From the sequence record PP856017.1: 64,000 nt of DNA; one strand, given 5' to 3'. Below are positions 58,675-64,000 of this stretch, piece after piece (position 1 is the stretch's first letter; each line of letters opens with the position of its first letter). The notes below the pieces were generated by a model that had not been told where the DNA came from, did no database searches, and saw only the letters and a list, made by a program, of their open reading frames with translations. The position numbers and the translations under genes were made by a program.

Positions 58675-59985
58675 TTAGGCGTTGCGGAATTTGTTGGCGT
58701 AATAGAAGAGCTTGTTCGATGCCATCTCTTCCAGGCTTTGTTGGAATTCGATCTGCTTGCGCTTGTTGACGCCCGACGGAATCAGGTAGTCGTAGACCAG
58801 GCCCACCAACTGGGTGTGATCCTTGAATTTTTTGTTGGTCTCATCGATGATGTCGATGTCCTGACGGATACGTGCCGAATCTTCCTTCGGCAGAGTCGGA
58901 TCCTTCAGTTCTTCAACCAGCTGGTTGCGAATGCGCGTGAAGCGCGCACCTGCCTTGTCGTACCAGTCGTGATGGCTGTCGGCCAGCAGAAGACCTGCGA
59001 GCAGGGCAAACGTCGTGTATGCTCCGTAAAGCTGACCGGTCGCGATCTCGAACACGCCCAAGGCCAGCACTGCCAGCTTGACGAATTCCAGGAAGAAATA
59101 ACCCGCCCAACCGCGACGATAGATCGTGCCCTTGTACATCTTGTCCAGAGCCGTGACGAGGTCCTTGCCCGCACCATGACGCGTAGCGAACTGATCCGAC
59201 AGAGCTTCGAAGCTGTTGATGTCGTAGCCTTCCACACCTGACTGGCTACGGTTCTTGCGTGCCAGGTTCGTGATGATGACCGTGTACACCGTCGTGTTGT
59301 TCTTGTTGCTCAGATCGGTTGCATCGACGTTCTGCAAGGAGAGCATTTCGCCAGCTTCCTTGATGATCATTTCGCGTCGACCATGATCTTGCGTACCGTC
59401 GAGTTCACGCGCGAGCGTGATGAGGATCTGGTTGGTCGTGCGGAAACGGATCAGGTGTTCATAGAACGACCAGACGTGACCGACTTCGTGCAGGATGATC
59501 GCTGAGATTTCCGGGCTCGAATATTCACGGCCATCGAAGATCTTGTACAGCAGACCCTTGTTGCCGTAGATCATCGGCGCGTTCAGATACATCTTGATTG
59601 GCGGCAGATCCGCGAGGTAGCCGTCTACCCAGCTGGCGTTGGGATCCAGGAATGCGCGCACTTCTTTGTCCTGGCTCTTACGGATGTCTGCAAGACTGCG
59701 CTTGGAGAGCGTGGTGTCTTTCCAGCCGTAGCCTTCCAGCAGCGGGCTGTTCTTGTCGATGTGCGGGGGTTCCGTCATCATCGGCATATCAGCGACAGTG
59801 ATGTCGAAGCTGATATTGGTGTTGTCTTTGATGCATTTTGCGACTGCGATTTCGAGCTCGGTGCGAGCATTACCGTCGCTGCTGGTACGGTACTTGTCGA
59901 TGATCGCCGTCATCTCGCGGTGAAAGCGATCGTTCTGGAACGCGATGCTCTCCGGCGAGTAGATGGGGTTGATGGTGTGGAACAT
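58675..59985 (-). CDS. Virion protein with HEXXH metallopeptidase-like motif and TM hairpin (phiKZ gp84-like position)
   Basis: IILHEVGH; EALSDQFATRHG..L..AL.K; hydrophobic hairpin. Confidence 0.7.
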   Translation of the reverse strand: MFHTINPIYSPESIAFQNDRFHREMTAIIDKYRTSSDGNARTELEIAVAKCIKDNTNISFDITVADMPMMTEPPHIDKNSPLLEGYGWKDTTLSKRSLADIRKSQDKEVRAFLDPNASWVDGYLADLPPIKMYLNAPMIYGNKGLLYKIFDGREYSSPEISAIILHEVGHVWSFYEHLIRFRTTNQILITLARELDGTQDHGRREMIIKEAGEMLSLQNVDATDLSNKNNTTVYTVIITNLARKNRSQSGVEGYDINSFEALSDQFATRHGAGKDLVTALDKMYKGTIYRRGWAGYFFLEFVKLAVLALGVFEIATGQLYGAYTTFALLAGLLLADSHHDWYDKAGARFTRIRNQLVEELKDPTLPKEDSARIRQDIDIIDETNKKFKDHTQLVGLVYDYLIPSGVNKRKQIEFQQSLEEMASNKLFYYANKFRNA

Positions 59986-60079
59986 TTGGCCGACCTTTTG
60001 TCAACGGTAATTAAAAATCAGACGACACAATGATGTGCCCGAAATTGTCCTATGCCTCATAAAAAAGGTGCGAAACCGC

Positions 60080-62170
60080 ATGGATAATATTCTGCTACTC
60101 AATAAGAGAAATAAAACAGCAGTTTACCCTAGTGATCTGCTGGTCATAGACATTGATAGAACGTGTCCTATCCTCGGAAATCCTGAACCGATGAAGGACC
60201 ATAGTGACGAAGAACGAACTCGCGTCATCGAAGTGTTTCGTCGTCATTTTGAAAAAGAGTACGCTCTTGGCGGCTCATTAACCAAAAGAATACATGAACT
60301 TGCAGACCTGGTTCGCTCTGGTAAGCGGATCGGTCTTCGCTGCTGGTGCCACCCTAAACCGTGTCACGGCAACATCATCATTTCTAAGATCAAAGAACTC
60401 CTGGAAGGTAAAATGTCTGAAGCGCCTAATAAACCGAACAAAGAGTTTTTGCAATATCCTTTTAACCCGGTTGATATCGACTATACGGAATGTCGTTTCG
60501 CTATTCACATGCCGCGGCGTGGGGATAATGGGATCGATCTCCACATGGTCAAGGAAATCATCCACTTCAAAGACGGGACCGTTAAGCCCTGGATCAAGTA
60601 CGTGCCGAACTACCAGACCAAGTTCTGGACGACGCGCCCTCATCTGCGCAAGGGTAACTACGCCCACAAACAGAAGAAGGAATGGGAAAGCCTCGACAAT
60701 CTCGTCGAAGGTCAGGCCACTGCTTCTGATCTGCCGTTTGCAGTCGCCCGCGCACTCGACCAGATGCGTCTGGCTGGCCGCTGGTTCGATCTGAAGGATT
60801 CGCCTTATCTATACGGCGTGGATATTCCTTCAACGGTGCAGTTGAAACACGACTACACTGTTCGCATGAACGGTAAACCCGACACGCCATTTGTAACGGC
60901 CTATTCCGATACTGAAACGAACATGCTCGGTATCGAAGATGGTGCGAGCAAACACATCATCATGCAGTCGCTATTCCACGAGGATGGCAGGCTCTACACG
61001 GTGATCCTGAAAGACTTCCTCAAGACACTACCGGGTAACACCGAGAAGGCCCTGAGGGACCTCTATGACGAACACATGCCCCAACAGGGTAAGGACATCG
61101 TCAAAGAGTGGGAGATCGACATCGTTGATCAACCAATCGACATTGTGAAGGCCATTCTGAAACGGTGTCATTCATGGCAGCCTGACTTCCTGTCGTTCTG
61201 GAACATGATCTTCGACTTGGACAAGATGATCGAATGCGTTGAAGACGCAGGTTATCGAGTCGAAGATATCTTCTGCGATCCGCGTCTGCCGCGTGAATTG
61301 CGCTATGCTTTCCTCAAGCGCGCGAATCCGAGCAAGACGTCTGCGTCGGGTCGACTGATGACCAAGAAGCCGGCTGATCAATGGCATACCTTCTTCTGTC
61401 CTGCATCGTTTTACATCATCGACCAGATGGCGACTTATCGTTTTATTCGTAAGTCGAAACAGCTGGAGAAGAGTTACGGTCTGGACGACATTCTGGGCAA
61501 AGAACTCGAAGGTCTGGGTAAGCTCAAACATAAACCTGCTGAAGGTCTGTCCAAAGCTGAATTCCACATCTTCATGCAGCAGAAGTATCCTGGCGAATAC
61601 GTGATCTATCACATCTGGGATGCGGTCTGTATGCACCTGCTAACGTTAAAGACGAAGGACTTGTCATTCTCGTTGCCAGGCACGACTGAGTTCTCGGACT
61701 TTACGAGTTTCGAGTCTGAGCCGAAACGCTATATTCACAAATTCCACTTCTACGCGTTGGAGAAACACAACTGCGTAACTGGTGTGTCAAGTAAAGCACT
61801 GGTGCAAGAATTTGACGAGATGACTATTTCCACCAAAGGTCACATCGTTACTCTTGAACCTCACTTGACGGTGGATTCTGGGATGAAGATCTTCAATGAT
61901 TATCCCGGAATGCAAACGAACTTCTACGGCCATAATGCTGACTTGGACGTTAAGTCCAGTTATCCATACGGCCAATGGGTTTTCAACATGTCGCGTCAAA
62001 CGACTGTTCGTGAACTCGTTGAGATCGAAGGTGTGCGAGATCATACTCGACGCATCCAAGGTCTTAACATCTCAGGTGGACGCAGTAATGCGGTTGAATT
62101 CTGTACTGAGATCTTCGGTCTTCCGAGCCTCGCTGAACTCGACAAAATCTACGATCAAGCAAATCAGTAA
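60080..62170 (+). CDS. DUF4326-like domain fused to family-B DNA polymerase exonuclease/motif A subunit (phiKZ gp82-like)
   Basis: N-term LGNP..LRCWCHPKPCHG; Exo I SDTETN, Exo II FWNMIFD, Exo III YHIWD, motif A DVKSSYP; no motifs B/C. Confidence 0.85.
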   Translation: MDNILLLNKRNKTAVYPSDLLVIDIDRTCPILGNPEPMKDHSDEERTRVIEVFRRHFEKEYALGGSLTKRIHELADLVRSGKRIGLRCWCHPKPCHGNIIISKIKELLEGKMSEAPNKPNKEFLQYPFNPVDIDYTECRFAIHMPRRGDNGIDLHMVKEIIHFKDGTVKPWIKYVPNYQTKFWTTRPHLRKGNYAHKQKKEWESLDNLVEGQATASDLPFAVARALDQMRLAGRWFDLKDSPYLYGVDIPSTVQLKHDYTVRMNGKPDTPFVTAYSDTETNMLGIEDGASKHIIMQSLFHEDGRLYTVILKDFLKTLPGNTEKALRDLYDEHMPQQGKDIVKEWEIDIVDQPIDIVKAILKRCHSWQPDFLSFWNMIFDLDKMIECVEDAGYRVEDIFCDPRLPRELRYAFLKRANPSKTSASGRLMTKKPADQWHTFFCPASFYIIDQMATYRFIRKSKQLEKSYGLDDILGKELEGLGKLKHKPAEGLSKAEFHIFMQQKYPGEYVIYHIWDAVCMHLLTLKTKDLSFSLPGTTEFSDFTSFESEPKRYIHKFHFYALEKHNCVTGVSSKALVQEFDEMTISTKGHIVTLEPHLTVDSGMKIFNDYPGMQTNFYGHNADLDVKSSYPYGQWVFNMSRQTTVRELVEIEGVRDHTRRIQGLNISGGRSNAVEFCTEIFGLPSLAELDKIYDQANQ

Positions 62171-62171
62171 G

Positions 62172-62213
62172 CATAGGTCCCTACTCCTGCCTTTCGGCAG
62201 GAGTAGGTCTATG
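62172..62213. terminator. Bidirectional hairpin between convergent genes
   Basis: 12-bp core stem CCTACTCCTGCC/GGCAGGAGTAGG. Confidence 0.8.
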
Positions 62214-62218
62214 TCCAT

Positions 62219-62908
62219 CTACGAAGGAACTAATTCAAGACAAGGCCGCCACACATACACGTTCGATTGGGCATTGTAACTAACATTGCCGCTACCTGTG
62301 ATATTAGTCCCACCCCGAAAAGCAACAGCATTAGTTCCAGGAGAACTGTAAGTATTGGCGCAAAAACTGTTTGATTGAGAACTAAAACCAAGATCGCTTG
62401 GCAAGTAAGGATTATCGATCTTTGGTCCAGTATAGGTCGTAATGGCGGGTTCGGAAACGATCGGATAAAACAAATCATTCCACTCGCAACCTGTCAAAAC
62501 CGCCGGATCGTTGCCTGAATAAACTGGCGTCGGATTATCGCCAGTAGAAATGAGGCGGATAATGAAAGTCTGACCACCAATTACAATCTTAGCGGTCTGA
62601 TTTATCCATCCAGCAGACGTCGGGGACGATACCTGAGTAGTGCCGGAACCAAAAACGGCACCCCGATTAAATATGCTTTGCCAATTCAGATTTTGACGAT
62701 AAGGAAGTTTTGCAACATATAGTTCTTTTTCCTTATACATGAAATGCAACCACGGACTCGTCGTATTTATTGCCGTGCCTGTCGATAATCCAATGCTAGA
62801 TGATAGTTGAGTGCCACTTACCAGACTGGAAGTAGGAACTTCCCCAAGAAAAGTCGATGAAAAATCACCCTGTGGTTTCTTTTGTCCTAATAAGAAAGAT
62901 TCTAACAT
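62219..62908 (-). CDS. Virion fibre-tip-type protein (phiKZ gp131-like family)
   Basis: FLGEVP..L.SG..L...IGL..G...N...WL.F...LYVAK.P...W..I..G, EWN.L, WRP.LE; AT-rich. Confidence 0.75.
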   Translation of the reverse strand: MLESFLLGQKKPQGDFSSTFLGEVPTSSLVSGTQLSSSIGLSTGTAINTTSPWLHFMYKEKELYVAKLPYRQNLNWQSIFNRGAVFGSGTTQVSSPTSAGWINQTAKIVIGGQTFIIRLISTGDNPTPVYSGNDPAVLTGCEWNDLFYPIVSEPAITTYTGPKIDNPYLPSDLGFSSQSNSFCANTYSSPGTNAVAFRGGTNITGSGNVSYNAQSNVYVWRPCLELVPS

Positions 62909-62936
62909 TCTTTTCCCTAGTAATTCTCACTATACA

Positions 62937-63497
62937 CTACCAAATACCATAACCAGATGGCATGGAACCGAAGTACTGCGGAGTATCAGGGATCGTAACA
63001 ATCGAAGCTCCAACACTACCATGAGGACTTGATGCACCAGCCCAGAATGTCGTTACGCCAGCTAGATAGGTATTCATGTTCAACTGGGCCAATGCCACAT
63101 TGTTCCTGAAGAACTGAATCAGACGAGCATCTAGATCGACAGCAAAAGCAACCGTATCACCTGTCGCGTATGATCCGTAACTAAATCGGCTATTGGCTCC
63201 GTAGATCACCTGCGATCCTGAACCATACCACAACAGTTCACCAGCACTTGTCCACGGATCATTGAAAGTTGTACTTTGAGAAACCAGTCCAATCAGAGGC
63301 GTAAAGCTACTTTCTGATTGAGTGATTACAGCTTCAAAATACCATTTGCCAGAACTACGTGAAGCAGTACTGAATGCACAGCCTCCGAGATTACCGAGGT
63401 TCGCGGTGCGATTGTTATTTGATAAAGCAACAGCGCTGCTTTTCATTGCAGGATTAAACGTACTCCCTGCAACGCTAACCTTCTTTTTCAAAAGCAT
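62937..63497 (-). CDS. SPRY/B30.2-like lectin-domain protein
   Basis: SSGKWYFEA, IGL, GDTVAFAVDLD...FFRN; AT-rich. Confidence 0.8.
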   Translation of the reverse strand: MLLKKKVSVAGSTFNPAMKSSAVALSNNNRTANLGNLGGCAFSTASRSSGKWYFEAVITQSESSFTPLIGLVSQSTTFNDPWTSAGELLWYGSGSQVIYGANSRFSYGSYATGDTVAFAVDLDARLIQFFRNNVALAQLNMNTYLAGVTTFWAGASSPHGSVGASIVTIPDTPQYFGSMPSGYGIW

Positions 63498-63546
63498 TCC
63501 CTCTTGCATAATGAGGCCTAATTAGAAGTTCAGTGTCATAGGATTC

Positions 63547-63572
63547 CGTACTAGGGCGCAAGCCCTAGTACG
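63547..63572 (-). terminator. Hairpin
   Basis: 11-bp stem CGTACTAGGGC/GCCCTAGTACG. Confidence 0.7.
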
Positions 63573-63578
63573 AGGTCC

Positions 63579-64000
63579 TTAGTTGATGTGTTGAATCAAA
63601 CTGGCCACCGATTGCTTCACTGCATCCAGATCACGGGTTGCGTCAACCGTGTAGAGCGGACCCATTTCGTGATAGGAACGCTGCTGGAATTGTATTCGGA
63701 AGTTCTGAACGAGATTCTGGAAGAATTCGTCAGGCTTCGATTCGAACGCATCCTTAACGCCGCCCGTTGCCGTAACGCGTTCTTCGACACGCGCTTTTGA
63801 AGTAGCCGCGTCGATGTCCAGGAAGATCGTCGCGTACTGTGAGATCTGCTGATACAGCCAGGCGCGTTTGCTCTGATCGTAATTCACCAGGATGTTGGGC
63901 AGATTCAGATGGTAATCGAACATCTGATCACAGAGCTTCTTGGGGATGCCCTGGGTGTAGTGCTGGTATACCCACGTCGTATCGTTCCAGCGGTCACTGA
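63579..64000 (-). CDS. tmk: Thymidylate kinase, 3' part (start beyond window)
   Basis: SDRWNDTTWVYQ, IFLDID, FESKPDEFF motifs. Confidence 0.8.
   Translation of the reverse strand, partial: SDRWNDTTWVYQHYTQGIPKKLCDQMFDYHLNLPNILVNYDQSKRAWLYQQISQYATIFLDIDAATSKARVEERVTATGGVKDAFESKPDEFFQNLVQNFRIQFQQRSYHEMGPLYTVDATRDLDAVKQSVASLIQHIN

Noticed and set aside
1-64000. tRNA/rRNA genes
   Set aside because: No cloverleaf with T-loop GTTCGA and CCA end recognised by eye in the intergenic gaps; tRNAscan-SE would be definitive
1-64000. Stop-codon reassignment (alternative genetic code)
   Set aside because: Core genes are full-length and densely packed under the standard code

Overview
64-kb segment of a phiKZ-like (nucleus-forming, Chimalliviridae-type) jumbo phage genome. 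The evidence is a 753-aa major capsid protein, a phiKZ gp118-type DnaB helicase, the conserved head/baseplate block syntenic with phiKZ gp84-gp101, and the exonuclease+motif A half of a split family-B DNA polymerase. The strong C/G-ending codon bias of the abundant virion genes suggests a high-GC betaproteobacterial host such as Burkholderia or Ralstonia (inference only). Layout: 1-6.1 kb core (capsid, helicase); 6.1-33 kb accessory/early region of small minus-strand genes (tandem winged-helix array, IF2_N-like protein, NUDIX, QueC-like, HAD, holin-like, ThyA); 33-39 kb collagen-like tail-fibre module; 40.8-60 kb virion block; 60-64 kb PolB subunit, two AT-rich fibre-tip-type genes and a partial dTMP kinase. 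The most interesting observations are: six tandem winged-helix proteins; a candidate ~150-nt ncRNA bounded by an early promoter and a terminator; recurrent hairpin+TATG modules; an IF2_N-like domain; an in-frame DUF4326-PolB fusion; a membrane HEXXH protease-like head protein; and membrane-active helices exposed by head-protease cleavage. Family and gp-number assignments come from remembered motifs and synteny, not from database searches.
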